NCBI GenBank assembly: GCA_041910055.1
Contig: JAYRRP010000004.1
Location: 67,804 to 131,803 of the forward strand
Source: Candidatus Saccharimonadales bacterium
Lineage (GTDB): Bacteria > Patescibacteriota > Saccharimonadia > Saccharimonadales > JAYRRP01
Direction of reading: 5' to 3'
Length of the DNA stretch: 64,000 bases
The notes under the pieces are model-generated. The model did not search any database. It worked only from the letters and a program-made list of their open reading frames with translations, and had not been told where the DNA came from. Of this stretch, positions 40,120-50,191 are shown one piece after another (positions within the stretch are counted from its first letter, which is position 1; the number at the start of each line of letters is the position of its first letter). Both the position numbers and the translations under genes were made by a program.

Positions 40120-40205
40120 GCAGGGATAGTGAAGCGGTCAAACACGGCAGACTGTAAATCTGCTGGCATTCGCCTTCGGGGGTTCGAATCCCTCTCCCTG
40201 CACCA
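40120..40205 (+). tRNA. tRNA-Tyr(GTA)
   Basis: GCAGGGA/TCCCTGC acceptor, loop CTGTAAA, long variable arm, CCA end. Confidence 0.96.
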
Positions 40206-40242
40206 AATCTGCAGATAATATAAATAGGCTATAATTTAATAC

Positions 40243-40548
40243 ATGAGTGATATTGCTTGGGAGGTCTCAACCAAAGATTCTTATCCTAAAATACCTACAG
40301 ATGAGGTTCCAGATGATTTACGAGAGGATTTATACTGGATCACTCCATGGATCCGTGAAGAATTTCCAGATAATCCTCGAAGGATTGACTGGCATCGTTA
40401 CGGAAGAGACGCTGATGGTGACCCAGTATATAGTCAATTAATACTTTATGATGGAAAAAATGTAGGATGGCAAGAGGGAAGAAAATTAGTTGATGAACAT
40501 CAGTTGGGCGTAGTTATTTTAAGAAGTTTTGGTATTGAAGCAGGCTAG
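40243..40548 (+). CDS. Hypothetical acidic protein within the tRNA cluster
   Basis: 101-aa ORF; TATAAT 7 nt before the ATG. Confidence 0.6.
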   Translation: MSDIAWEVSTKDSYPKIPTDEVPDDLREDLYWITPWIREEFPDNPRRIDWHRYGRDADGDPVYSQLILYDGKNVGWQEGRKLVDEHQLGVVILRSFGIEAG

Positions 40549-40613
40549 TTTGTCTGAGCTAAATTGATTCTTAATCAGGGTTATAATAGTATCTTATTAC
40601 AATGTATTAATAT

Positions 40614-40688
<75 letters not shown>

Positions 40689-40741
40689 GCGTTCAACAAC
40701 TATTTGAAACTATAAAGTTAATCTGTTAAAATATACCTAAC

Positions 40742-40945
40742 ATGGCCAAGAAAACCGATAAGCGTAAGATTGTGGGATTAGTGTGCGAAGAAAGCGGACA
40801 CCGGCATTACTACACGACCAAAAACACCATGAACACACCGGACAAATTACGCTTACGCAAATATAACCCACTACTTAGAAAATACACTTGGTACAGCGAA
40901 ACTAAGAAAAGCCTGGGACGCAACGAAGTAAAAGGCCGCAAGTAG
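40742..40945 (+). CDS. rpmG: 50S ribosomal protein L33 (zinc-independent type)
   Basis: YYTTKN..NTPDKLRLRKYNP. Confidence 0.95.
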   Translation: MAKKTDKRKIVGLVCEESGHRHYYTTKNTMNTPDKLRLRKYNPLLRKYTWYSETKKSLGRNEVKGRK

Positions 40946-40946
40946 C

Positions 40947-42893
40947 TTACTCTTCTTGGTTTGTCAGGCTCGCCAGATCAAGCGCAGTATTAAGGAATTC
41001 TGCATGGCTCCATACTAGTGGCGTCACTGACAAAGGTAAACCATCGCTCGGGTTGACTTGCTCAGAAATAGCACCGCTAGGTAAGGCATGTCGAAGCGTC
41101 CAATTCATATAGTGACGCGCTTTTTTTGATTGGTTTGTACGGATAAAATACTGGGCCAGCCATAGAGTGGCAACAAACCACGGATTACCTTTATAGGCTG
41201 GTTCAGAAGCAAAGTATTTATCATCGTTATAGCGTGGTAAGCCACCAGAAGGAGACTGGTCAAGTAAGGAGTCTTCAATACGAGCGGCGCACTGACGAAG
41301 TTGCTCAGGTTTTGTGTAATAACCAAACATTAATGGCCCGTACAAACTTGAGATGTCCAGAGTAGTATCTGCTGTGCGGCTTCCGTCCGGTTGCAACAAA
41401 AAGCCTTTAATAAAGTAACCCTTTTCGCTATCGAAGAAATTATCGGCTTTGGCTTTTATGACAGAAGCAGCTTCTCGCCAACGCACCCCGTCGTCAGGAT
41501 ACTCAAACTCATCAGCAAATTCAGCTGCCACCAGAAGTGCTTGATAAACTACCGCCGTGGTATAAGTGCTAGTTAAGAACTTTTCTTCCCACAGGTCATA
41601 GCTGGCATGTGGTAATTTGGTTTCCCGATCAGTAAACGTTGTCAGAAAATTAGCGGCTGGTTGCACTAGTGTGGCGTACATATTATGGACATAATCACGG
41701 TCTTTAGAGAAGTGGTAAAACTCGCTGAGCATATAAATTACAATGGCTGTTTCGTCTTCTTGAATAGCTAACTCTTTGCGTTTGCCATGCAAAAGTGGGT
41801 GCCAAGTGCTGCCAATCGAACGGTCTGGTTGATACTTATGCATTAAGTAGCCTTCGGGCGTCAAAATATCTCGGCAAAATTCGAAGAATTTTTTTGGTTC
41901 ATCTGTATAGCCAAGTCTGATGAGCGGCCACATCACATAGGCACCATCACGTGGCCAAACATAGCTATAGTAATCGCGGCCAAAGTTGTATATTGAAGAA
42001 TCGCACGAGGCAATAATGCCGCCCCGTTTGTCGGTGTGCGCTTTTATGAGCATGAGGGACTTCTTGGCCATACCCAGATATTCTTTATCAATCGTATGTA
42101 GGCCATTCGAGCCAGTCGACAGCCAATCATTCCAGTGTTTCCTGGTCTTCATAAGCCGTAGCACCAGCTTTTCATGTTTGATGCGGTCATGAATTTTTTC
42201 AGCCGTATATTGCGAATCAGCCGTGATAATCCAATAGTCAATTGTACTGGACTCATTTGCTGCCAATGGACAAACAAACCTCATGACTGAATCAACTCCG
42301 CCGTGCTCAACGGCGCTTCCGGATAGTTCACCATCTTCTGCATCCCGATAAGTACCTTCTTTGCCTTCAATCCCATAATTGCCAATCGCAAATTGGTCGT
42401 AGACCGTACCGTCCTCGTGCTGGCCATAGATTATCAAGCTGCATCGGCCTTTGTAATCAAGAATGTAATTTGCATCCGGCACAAAAAGGGCAGTATCAGC
42501 TCTACCGGCCCGTGAAATTTGAAACACCTGGTGCATAAATAAACGTATTTCGCGATGGGAAGAGTTGTTATTGTGTAACGTTACCCGGCGGCCAAACATG
42601 TTGTACTCACTATCAACGAAATCCTGAAAATCAAGTTGAACGCCAAGTTCTTCATTACGCATGCATATGTTGCTTACGAGCGCATCCGATTCAAACGTTA
42701 CTACTGTGTCCCAGCCTGGCTCATCAACCCAACTAAACCGACCGTCTAACCAGACACCGATTTTGTGATGGACACTACGCGAAGTCGTTAAATTATCTAG
42801 ACCCACGTATGGGTAATAGAAATCATGGACCAATCCGTGTTCATTCAGGCCCACTGTTAGGCTGCCATTGCCCAACATCACCGGTCGCCCCAT
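40947..42893 (-). CDS. Glycoside hydrolase family 15 (glucoamylase-like)
   Basis: YSYVWPRDG, QEDETA, SYDLWEE, SEQV, PLVWSHAEF. Confidence 0.9.
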   Translation of the reverse strand: MGRPVMLGNGSLTVGLNEHGLVHDFYYPYVGLDNLTTSRSVHHKIGVWLDGRFSWVDEPGWDTVVTFESDALVSNICMRNEELGVQLDFQDFVDSEYNMFGRRVTLHNNNSSHREIRLFMHQVFQISRAGRADTALFVPDANYILDYKGRCSLIIYGQHEDGTVYDQFAIGNYGIEGKEGTYRDAEDGELSGSAVEHGGVDSVMRFVCPLAANESSTIDYWIITADSQYTAEKIHDRIKHEKLVLRLMKTRKHWNDWLSTGSNGLHTIDKEYLGMAKKSLMLIKAHTDKRGGIIASCDSSIYNFGRDYYSYVWPRDGAYVMWPLIRLGYTDEPKKFFEFCRDILTPEGYLMHKYQPDRSIGSTWHPLLHGKRKELAIQEDETAIVIYMLSEFYHFSKDRDYVHNMYATLVQPAANFLTTFTDRETKLPHASYDLWEEKFLTSTYTTAVVYQALLVAAEFADEFEYPDDGVRWREAASVIKAKADNFFDSEKGYFIKGFLLQPDGSRTADTTLDISSLYGPLMFGYYTKPEQLRQCAARIEDSLLDQSPSGGLPRYNDDKYFASEPAYKGNPWFVATLWLAQYFIRTNQSKKARHYMNWTLRHALPSGAISEQVNPSDGLPLSVTPLVWSHAEFLNTALDLASLTNQEE

Positions 42894-44101
42894 TATGCCA
42901 CCCCCTCATTTTGGCTTAGTCTTGCTCTTAAATCATGCCACACATTCATGTAAGAAATAAAGCCGTCGTAGGGTGAGGCATAAGGACTGAAGTAGGCATG
43001 GATGTCACCATCATTGAACCATTTCGTACACATATAATAAAAATGGTCAGAAGTTTGCAAGCGGCGCCAGTCACGCATTAGTGATTCATCGGCACTGTCA
43101 AGAATTTGAGGAGCTAACTCATACAGCGCATGGATCGCTTGTTGTTGCATATTATTGCCTAACCAGGCTGAAAGGTCTCGTTCAGTATCAGCCCAGGTAA
43201 TCGTCTGCGGTACATCTACTGTGTCGACTGGTTCAAAGGCGTTGGCGGCCTCGCAAACAGTCATAAAAGTATGGTCCGGATGTTTTAGCCATTGGGCAGG
43301 CATAGCTTCTAGAAAGTCAAAGATACCGGAATCAGACCACTGGTGTTCCCCAAAAGTTTCATAATCCATGAACAAATTGTAATTAGTTGCGTTTTGGTCT
43401 TGACCCAGCCAATTAACAAACTTTTCAGCCGTCAACGGCCACTGTACCCACTTGTGGTCGCCGAACCGAAAAGCAATGTCATCACTCAAACGATAATTCT
43501 TCATAAGTAACCTAATATGCTCGGTGTAGGCTGGTTGATAAACATAGTTAGCGTTACGCCAACCAAGCACCTTATCCCAACCCTCCGCCAGTACTGCTTG
43601 ATATCCTTGTTTATCCGCCCAGTAAGCTAAATCATTATTGTAGGCTAATTCGGTATTTCGAAAGACTTTAGGTGTTTGGCCAAATTCACGAGCAACCATT
43701 TCGTGATGTAAGGCCACCTGGCGCTCAAACTCCGGACGGGAATAGAAAAACGCCAGACTATGATGATAAGTTTCAGCTACAATCTCTACCCGATCGCTGG
43801 CGGCCAGTTCTTTAAAGGAGTGCAGCGCTTCTGGTGCCCAGGCTGCCATTTGTTCAACTGCAGTACCGGTGATAGACAAACTCACCTTAAACTGAGGATG
43901 AGTATCCAGAAGTTTTTTAAGGCGTTGGTTTGTTGGCAGGTATGATTTCGCTGCTACTTTACGCATTAGTGAAGCGTTATTAGTAAGTTTGTCGGCTCCT
44001 TCACTAAAGTAATCATGGCTAACGCCAGTGTCGAACAAGCTATATTCACGAACCCGATATGGTTGATGCACATGTAAATACAATACTATCGCCCGTTTCA
44101 C
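42893..44101 (-). CDS. Glycoside hydrolase family 57 (alpha-amylase-like)
   Basis: LHVHQPYR, FRNTEL, LSDDIAFRF, FMDYETFGEHQW, LQTSDHFYYM. Confidence 0.92.
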   Translation of the reverse strand: MKRAIVLYLHVHQPYRVREYSLFDTGVSHDYFSEGADKLTNNASLMRKVAAKSYLPTNQRLKKLLDTHPQFKVSLSITGTAVEQMAAWAPEALHSFKELAASDRVEIVAETYHHSLAFFYSRPEFERQVALHHEMVAREFGQTPKVFRNTELAYNNDLAYWADKQGYQAVLAEGWDKVLGWRNANYVYQPAYTEHIRLLMKNYRLSDDIAFRFGDHKWVQWPLTAEKFVNWLGQDQNATNYNLFMDYETFGEHQWSDSGIFDFLEAMPAQWLKHPDHTFMTVCEAANAFEPVDTVDVPQTITWADTERDLSAWLGNNMQQQAIHALYELAPQILDSADESLMRDWRRLQTSDHFYYMCTKWFNDGDIHAYFSPYASPYDGFISYMNVWHDLRARLSQNEGVA

Positions 44102-45288
44102 ACCACAGGCTCCAAAGTTGATTGACGATAAATTGAAAAAACGCGGTCGGCAGCCTGTTGCCAACAATGTCGTTCCAGCTCACGATGAGCATTTTCAGCC
44201 AACTCTTTGCCTAAAGCCTCGTTGCGCATTACCGCTGTAATTTGGTCTGCCATTTTATGGACATCCCAAAAATCAACTCTAAGTGCATGATGCAACACTT
44301 CGGCTACCCCTGACTGTTTACTCAGAAGCACAGGTGTGCCATACCCAACTGATTCAAGTGCCGTTAAGCCAAAAGGTTCAGAAACTGAAGGCAGCACAAA
44401 CAAATCAGCAATAGCAAACGCATCGCGCCAGGCTTTGCCCCGCTGGAAACCAACAAATAAGACATTGCGGCTGATGCCTAATTCGGCAGCTTGTTCTATC
44501 AATTCATGGTACTGTTCACCGGCACCCACAAACAAAAACAACGTTTTGGGTTCATGTTCAATTACAATTGCCGCTGCCTTTAACAAGTTCGATAAGCCTT
44601 TCTGAATGGTAAGGCGCCCTATGTTCGCGATAACTTTGTAATCTTGGCGCTTCATCAGGTCCAAATATACATAGGTGCTTGAAGCATCGTCTGATTCCAG
44701 CTCATCAATGTTTATACTGTTGTGAACTACTTCAATTTTGTCCTCCGGAATCAAGTAGTCCCTAGCAATCATCTGTTTGGTATGGTGGCTGACTGCAATC
44801 ACTTTATCAGCCATAAGAAGTGCCGTTTGCTCAATCTCACGAACAAACGGATTGCCTGGATTACCGCCAGCTCTGTCTCTCTCTACAGAGTGTACATGGG
44901 CAATGAATGGCTTGTTGCTGAGTTCTTGGATACGCAAAGCCGCCCGGAAAGTTAGCCAATCGTGGGCGTGGATGATATCAAAAACACGCTTCTTGGCCAG
45001 CTCTACAGCCGCTCGCTCATAGTTTTCTAAATGCTGATGGGTTGACCCCAAACCTTGGCCAGAGAACTGGCCACTCCCGTACACTTCAAAAACCTGTTGC
45101 GTATGTGACATGTCATTTTCAGAAGACAATACCCGCATAAAGGGAGGTGGTTGGGCGAGTCGGTAGGGTAGAATAAAGTCAATATCCACCCCACTAGAAG
45201 CTAACGATTTACAGAGATGAAAACATGCGACCCCAAGTCCGCCACTGTTATGTGGGGGCAATTCCCACCCTAACATCAGTGCTTTCAT
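44098..45288 (-). CDS. GT4-family glycosyltransferase (alpha-glucan/glycogen synthase-like)
   Basis: GWELPPHNSGGLGVAC, HAHDWLT, PSVSEPFGLTALE. Confidence 0.9.
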   Translation of the reverse strand: MKALMLGWELPPHNSGGLGVACFHLCKSLASSGVDIDFILPYRLAQPPPFMRVLSSENDMSHTQQVFEVYGSGQFSGQGLGSTHQHLENYERAAVELAKKRVFDIIHAHDWLTFRAALRIQELSNKPFIAHVHSVERDRAGGNPGNPFVREIEQTALLMADKVIAVSHHTKQMIARDYLIPEDKIEVVHNSINIDELESDDASSTYVYLDLMKRQDYKVIANIGRLTIQKGLSNLLKAAAIVIEHEPKTLFLFVGAGEQYHELIEQAAELGISRNVLFVGFQRGKAWRDAFAIADLFVLPSVSEPFGLTALESVGYGTPVLLSKQSGVAEVLHHALRVDFWDVHKMADQITAVMRNEALGKELAENAHRELERHCWQQAADRVFSIYRQSTLEPVV

Positions 45289-45430
45289 GTCTTTTCGTTT
45301 TCCCCTAGTTTGTTTGCTTAAAATTATAGGGGCTATAAGGGTAAAACACAACCATTTTAAAGGATGCTGAATTGCATTGCCTCCCTAAAACGGAAATTAC
45401 TAACTAGCTTGTCGCCTACTTATGCAAGAA

Positions 45431-46993
45431 CTACCAAGTGGTTTGCCCGTCAATCTGGACTGAAGTATCTAAACTACCCCGGTTGCCACCAATCGCAAGT
45501 GATGAGTAATTACTTAGCTCACACTTTACACCAGTCGCTAGGATATGTTCAGGTGGACGACAGGGGCTTGGCTGAAAAACAACGTCTAGACTACCTAGAC
45601 CTGAGATGCCATTCAGGGAATGCGGATCAGCGTTGTAATGATACGCAACTATGCGATTGGTGGCTTGACGAGCAGAATCTTTATTATTCCAACGTGGAAT
45701 GACAGACAGGAACGATTTGCTATGGCTGCCATAGCTTAAGATGATTGGCATCCCCGTTGTGGGCGTCTCAACGCTGCTATTATATGTTTGACTAAAGGTT
45801 CTATCCTCCCACAACTTAAGATTTTTACTGGTAGTCACGCCCTGAGAATTTTTACTTATGTCGTACCACGAGTCATTATCTCCATACATATCTTTAGTAT
45901 TGGTATTAACAGTCCTTATGCTAGGATGAATTGCTTCGTTTGCTCCCGGCGTATACTGAACATATCGCAAACTTCTCGTGGCAACAGCTTCAGGAGAACA
46001 GGGAGCAAATCTTTGGGGATTTAAGTCTGTTGCATACGGTTTGCCAGTAGTGTAATCAGGATCCATCCTACAAGCTGGATTTGTAATCAAAAGAAGTTGC
46101 CCAGCATCACCCATAAAATTAACCGGTGCGTCAGCAGACAAACGCGTAATAATAAAAAATGTATCTGGTGTAAACTTATACGTTATCGTTAACCATAACT
46201 TTGTCGAAATACCGTTATAGCCGACAAATGGTGTAGCGTCTTTACTTTGACAAGTGGTGAAATCAACGACTCCAGGACAAAGATTCTTTAATTCGGTAGT
46301 ATATGTCGCCTGGGAATAATCGTCACGTACCTCGAATTGATTTGGCTTATCATAAGCTTGATTACGATAACTCCATATTTCAATTGGCTGAGGCGTACTA
46401 TCAGTCGGCTGGTAAAGCCCATAAAAATTTCGGTGAATCTCAACATGCAACCCCTTATACCCTCGAAAGGCAGTCGTACTTAAATAGCCCTGATGAATAG
46501 CAATCATGCTCTTGTTGGCGTTACGCCCGACAATACTGGTTGGCTCAGTTACCCCTTTAAAATTTGCTTGTTCATCAACCGGCCACAGACCGCGCAATAT
46601 GCCAGGAGCTGCTTGCGTGTCTACCCACGCAACAAATTCCTTATTTACAAAGAATCGATCTCCAAAACGTAAGCGCCCTTCCAGGTATGCGTCACTATTA
46701 GCCAGTACGTTTGCAACTGCCTCTTTGCTAGCAAGCGAACAATTTGAAATAGTGTGTGACACATTCGCCGAGGCGGGATTAAGAGGGCTGGCCTTTAATG
46801 AAATAACCTCATCATGGCATTTCGGGGACGAGTCGGCAATGGTGATATGCGGTAAGGATGTGAAATATATACCAGTGCCGATAAAAAGCACTCCGAACAA
46901 CGCACGTCTGGACTGAACACCATGTCGACGAAATTTACCGGCAATCAGAGGAGGTATTTCCGTTACAAACAATATAAATTTAGCTAAATTCAT
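45431..46993 (-). CDS. Large exported or membrane-anchored hypothetical protein (520 aa)
   Basis: Basic then hydrophobic segment (RRALFGVLFIGTGIYF) followed by a polar Cys-containing domain. Confidence 0.7.
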   Translation of the reverse strand: MNLAKFILFVTEIPPLIAGKFRRHGVQSRRALFGVLFIGTGIYFTSLPHITIADSSPKCHDEVISLKASPLNPASANVSHTISNCSLASKEAVANVLANSDAYLEGRLRFGDRFFVNKEFVAWVDTQAAPGILRGLWPVDEQANFKGVTEPTSIVGRNANKSMIAIHQGYLSTTAFRGYKGLHVEIHRNFYGLYQPTDSTPQPIEIWSYRNQAYDKPNQFEVRDDYSQATYTTELKNLCPGVVDFTTCQSKDATPFVGYNGISTKLWLTITYKFTPDTFFIITRLSADAPVNFMGDAGQLLLITNPACRMDPDYTTGKPYATDLNPQRFAPCSPEAVATRSLRYVQYTPGANEAIHPSIRTVNTNTKDMYGDNDSWYDISKNSQGVTTSKNLKLWEDRTFSQTYNSSVETPTTGMPIILSYGSHSKSFLSVIPRWNNKDSARQATNRIVAYHYNADPHSLNGISGLGSLDVVFQPSPCRPPEHILATGVKCELSNYSSLAIGGNRGSLDTSVQIDGQTTW

Positions 46994-47088
46994 TGTCGTA
47001 GTTTAAGAAAGTAGTTACCTAACTGATATTAATAAAGTACAGTTTTTGTTATTAGTCAATCTTATTCTTTGATATAGTACTGCTTAAA

Positions 47089-47787
47089 TTAGTCCATAGA
47101 AAAAGTGGAACGCACCCCATCTGCCACAAGTCTTTCGTGGTAATGGTGCAAAGCATCAATGGTGAAGTTATCAATACGGTAATTATCAAGCAAGAAACGT
47201 GCAGCCCTTGAGAGGGCGGTAATTGAACTCACCTCAAAACCGTAATCATTTTCTAATACCTGTACACCACCTTCTTCGCGGTCAAACTGCAAAGTAATAG
47301 CTACCGGCTGTAGTCCGACAGCAGCCAACACTTGTGAACCTTCAACCTTTGATTTGCCATCGGTCACGACATCATCAGCCATAAGCACCGTCTCACCAGC
47401 GGTATAATCACCCTCGATTCTTTGATGGTGGCCATACGTTTTGTGTGACTCATCTATACGCTCCCAAAGATATGACATACCCGCTTCATATGCTGCAACA
47501 GCAGCCGTTGCAGTTGCAGCCTGCGCTTTACCAAAAATGTGGTCAACTGGATGCTCAATCTCGAAGAATTTAGCTGCATAACCAGCTACTAAGGCGCGTC
47601 TGAAATCACGTTGCTTCTCCATACTCATCTGACTATCACTATCAAACGAGAGACTGCCACGCATATTATAGTAATAAGGCGACGGGCGACCAGACTTTAG
47701 GGTAATACCACCTTCTGGAAAGCCAAGCAAGCCTCTATCAAACATACCGACTACGATTTGTTCTTCTTGGTGTTCTGGTAATGCCAT
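47089..47787 (-). CDS. pyrE: Orotate phosphoribosyltransferase
   Basis: TLKSGRPSPYY, KTYG, PRPP motif MADDVVTDGKS. Confidence 0.88.
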   Translation of the reverse strand: MALPEHQEEQIVVGMFDRGLLGFPEGGITLKSGRPSPYYYNMRGSLSFDSDSQMSMEKQRDFRRALVAGYAAKFFEIEHPVDHIFGKAQAATATAAVAAYEAGMSYLWERIDESHKTYGHHQRIEGDYTAGETVLMADDVVTDGKSKVEGSQVLAAVGLQPVAITLQFDREEGGVQVLENDYGFEVSSITALSRAARFLLDNYRIDNFTIDALHHYHERLVADGVRSTFSMD

Positions 47788-48500
47788 TACGCAGCTCCTT
47801 CAACTTCAGCAACAAGCATTTCATATGCCTGGGCTGGATCTTCAGCCTGGGTTATTTGTCTGCCGATTACTAACAAATCAGCGCCCTCTCTAATAGCAAC
47901 TGCCGGCGTACCAACCCGAGCCTGGTCTGCACGTTCTATAGTCTCGGAGCGAGTACCTGGAATCATTGTAAGCAACTTTCGTGTCCTTAAATCGCGCTTG
48001 ATCATACCGACTTCGAGAGGTGATGAAACTACACCCGATATTCCAGCTGTGGCAGCATCCCGAGCAAGCTCCATTACTTTGCGACGCAATGACACATGAT
48101 ACAAGTTTTCAGCGACAGTTTCTGAAATAGATGTGAGCACTGTCACCCCGAACATCTTAATAGTTTCAGCTTCTTCTTTGGCGGCATACATTGTTTCGAC
48201 ACCCGTGGTCGTGTGCAAAGTAATACCAAAAGGCGGATGATCTAAGTTTTTAATGTTTCTGACTGTACTAACTACTGTGTTAGGTATATCGTCCAACTTT
48301 GCATCAGCTATCCAATCGAGATCGTGTGAAGCCGCCAACTCTGCACAATGACGCCAACTAGTAGCACTGGATAATTCTAGTCCTAGTTTTACATAGCGCG
48401 CCCCGGCCGCGTGCGCAATAGTGGCTAGCCGTTCCGCGTCTTGCTGTCGTGAGGTGTCGATCGCTAAAATAATACGTTCTTGGGCTGGTAATTCGTTCAT
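47787..48500 (-). CDS. pyrF: Orotidine 5'-phosphate decarboxylase
   Basis: ILAID, VKLG, DAKLDDIPNTV, VTVLTS, PGTR, VIGRQIT. Confidence 0.93.
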   Translation of the reverse strand: MNELPAQERIILAIDTSRQQDAERLATIAHAAGARYVKLGLELSSATSWRHCAELAASHDLDWIADAKLDDIPNTVVSTVRNIKNLDHPPFGITLHTTTGVETMYAAKEEAETIKMFGVTVLTSISETVAENLYHVSLRRKVMELARDAATAGISGVVSSPLEVGMIKRDLRTRKLLTMIPGTRSETIERADQARVGTPAVAIREGADLLVIGRQITQAEDPAQAYEMLVAEVEGAA

Positions 48501-48570
48501 ATAATACCTCTGCCCACCACTTGCAAATATTTTATCAGAATAAAAGGCAATCTATTTGGTAAATAAGATC

Positions 48571-48647
48571 TGGCAGGGGTGGCAGGAATCGAACCCGCGA
48601 CCTTTGGTTTTGGAGACCAACGCTCTAGCCATCTGAGCTACACCCCT
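48571..48647 (-). tRNA. tRNA-Trp(CCA)
   Basis: Reverse complement AGGGGTG...CTCCAAA...GTTCGAT...CACCCCTGCCA. Confidence 0.96.
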
Positions 48648-48782
48648 ATGAACATGAGGTAATTGAATACTATTTATCAATGGCGCCTCAAGAAGTGATA
48701 ATAGCAAAATTATAGCCAGTTTGTCACTTCTTGGGACACCTTTTCAAATACTGTTGTTTCATGTTATACAATAGGGAGCATT

Positions 48783-49454
48783 ATGAGCAAAATTACCCCC
48801 AACAAACCCTTGTTAGTCATGCTGTATGGCTATCCGGGTGCTGGGAAGACACATTTTGCAAGACAGTTATGCAGTAGTTTTCAGGCAGCTCACTTGCACG
48901 GTGATCGGATTCGCCATGAATTGTTCGAAAACCCTCGTTACGATAAACAAGAAAACGATATAGTCACGCATTTGATGGAATATATGGCTGAAGAGTTTTT
49001 GCATGCCGGCGTCAGTGTGGTCTTTGACACAAATGCTATGCGACTAGCCCCACGGCGAGTCTTACGCGATATCGCTAGAAAGACCAATGCGCAGGCTCTT
49101 TTAGTGTGGCTACAGATAGATTTGGAAAGTGCCTTGCTGAGGGTAAACCGGCGTGACCGACGAAAGGCAGACGACAAATATGCCATGCCACTCAACAAAC
49201 AATCGTTCCAAGCCCTCGTAAAAGCAATGCAGAATCCTCACAATGAGGATTATATGGTCATCAGCGGAAAACATACCTTTAATACGCAGCGCAGCGCCGT
49301 TATCAAAAAACTATACGAGCTGGGAGCAATCGAAGCCAATAGTGCCTCTGCGGGAGTTATCAAACCTGGCATGGTTAACCTTATCCCCCAGCAACGCGCC
49401 AACGCACTAGCCGGACGAGTTGATCAGTCACGACGAAACATCGTAATCCGCTAA
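48783..49454 (+). CDS. P-loop small-molecule kinase (AAA_33-like)
   Basis: GYPGAGKT Walker A, DRIR, VVFDTN, lid arginines. Confidence 0.8.
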   Translation: MSKITPNKPLLVMLYGYPGAGKTHFARQLCSSFQAAHLHGDRIRHELFENPRYDKQENDIVTHLMEYMAEEFLHAGVSVVFDTNAMRLAPRRVLRDIARKTNAQALLVWLQIDLESALLRVNRRDRRKADDKYAMPLNKQSFQALVKAMQNPHNEDYMVISGKHTFNTQRSAVIKKLYELGAIEANSASAGVIKPGMVNLIPQQRANALAGRVDQSRRNIVIR

Positions 49455-49465
49455 TCGCCGCTTAG

Positions 49466-50191
49466 ATGCCAGTTAAACATGTCCTTATCCCCGAAATCGG
49501 CGAGGTAAAATTAGTGAAGCGCCGCGGCTCGCGCAGCCTGCGATTATCAATTGATAGCCACAATAATCTACGGGTAAGCCTCCCTTCTTGGGTAAGTTAT
49601 CGCACCGCCGCAGAATTTGCTGCTAGCCGTAAAGATTGGATTATCGCACACTGGCAAAAACCATCGCTTTTAAAGAATAATGACCGGGTGGGAAAGTCTC
49701 ATCGTCTACACTTTGTCCCTTCGCAAGGTACAGTTCGTGTTTCCAGTCGTATGGTAGGCAACGAAGTGCGAATAAGCTATCCCTCACACCTTACTCCGGC
49801 AGACACCGCAGTCCAGGCAGCTGCCCGTCGAGGCGCAATCAAGGCTCTCACTTTACAGGCAAAAACACTACTGCCAAACCGTTTAACTGAACTCAGCGAT
49901 AGGGCGGGTTTTCGTTTTCATAGCGTCCAAATTAAAAAACTGCACTCCCGTTGGGGCAGTTGCAGTGCAACTCAAGACATCACTCTTAATTTATTTCTTA
50001 TGCACCTACCCTGGGAACTGATAGATTACGTTTTGATGCATGAACTGGTGCATACAGAAATTCTGCACCATCAACCCGCCTTTTGGCGCCGTCTAGAAGC
50101 ATGTCTTCCTCACACACCGGAACTCCGGCGACGAATCCGTAACTATAAGCCATCGTTCTCCAGCAATGCTTATGGCATAATGGACATATGA
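49466..50191 (+). CDS. YgjP/DUF45-family zinc-dependent hydrolase
   Basis: SRWGSCS, DYVLMHELVH, HQPAFW. Confidence 0.88.
   Translation: MPVKHVLIPEIGEVKLVKRRGSRSLRLSIDSHNNLRVSLPSWVSYRTAAEFAASRKDWIIAHWQKPSLLKNNDRVGKSHRLHFVPSQGTVRVSSRMVGNEVRISYPSHLTPADTAVQAAARRGAIKALTLQAKTLLPNRLTELSDRAGFRFHSVQIKKLHSRWGSCSATQDITLNLFLMHLPWELIDYVLMHELVHTEILHHQPAFWRRLEACLPHTPELRRRIRNYKPSFSSNAYGIMDI

Noticed and set aside
40947-48647. Prophage or integrative element at tRNA-Trp
   Set aside because: No integrase, phage or transposase genes, and no duplicated tRNA 3' end that I could find
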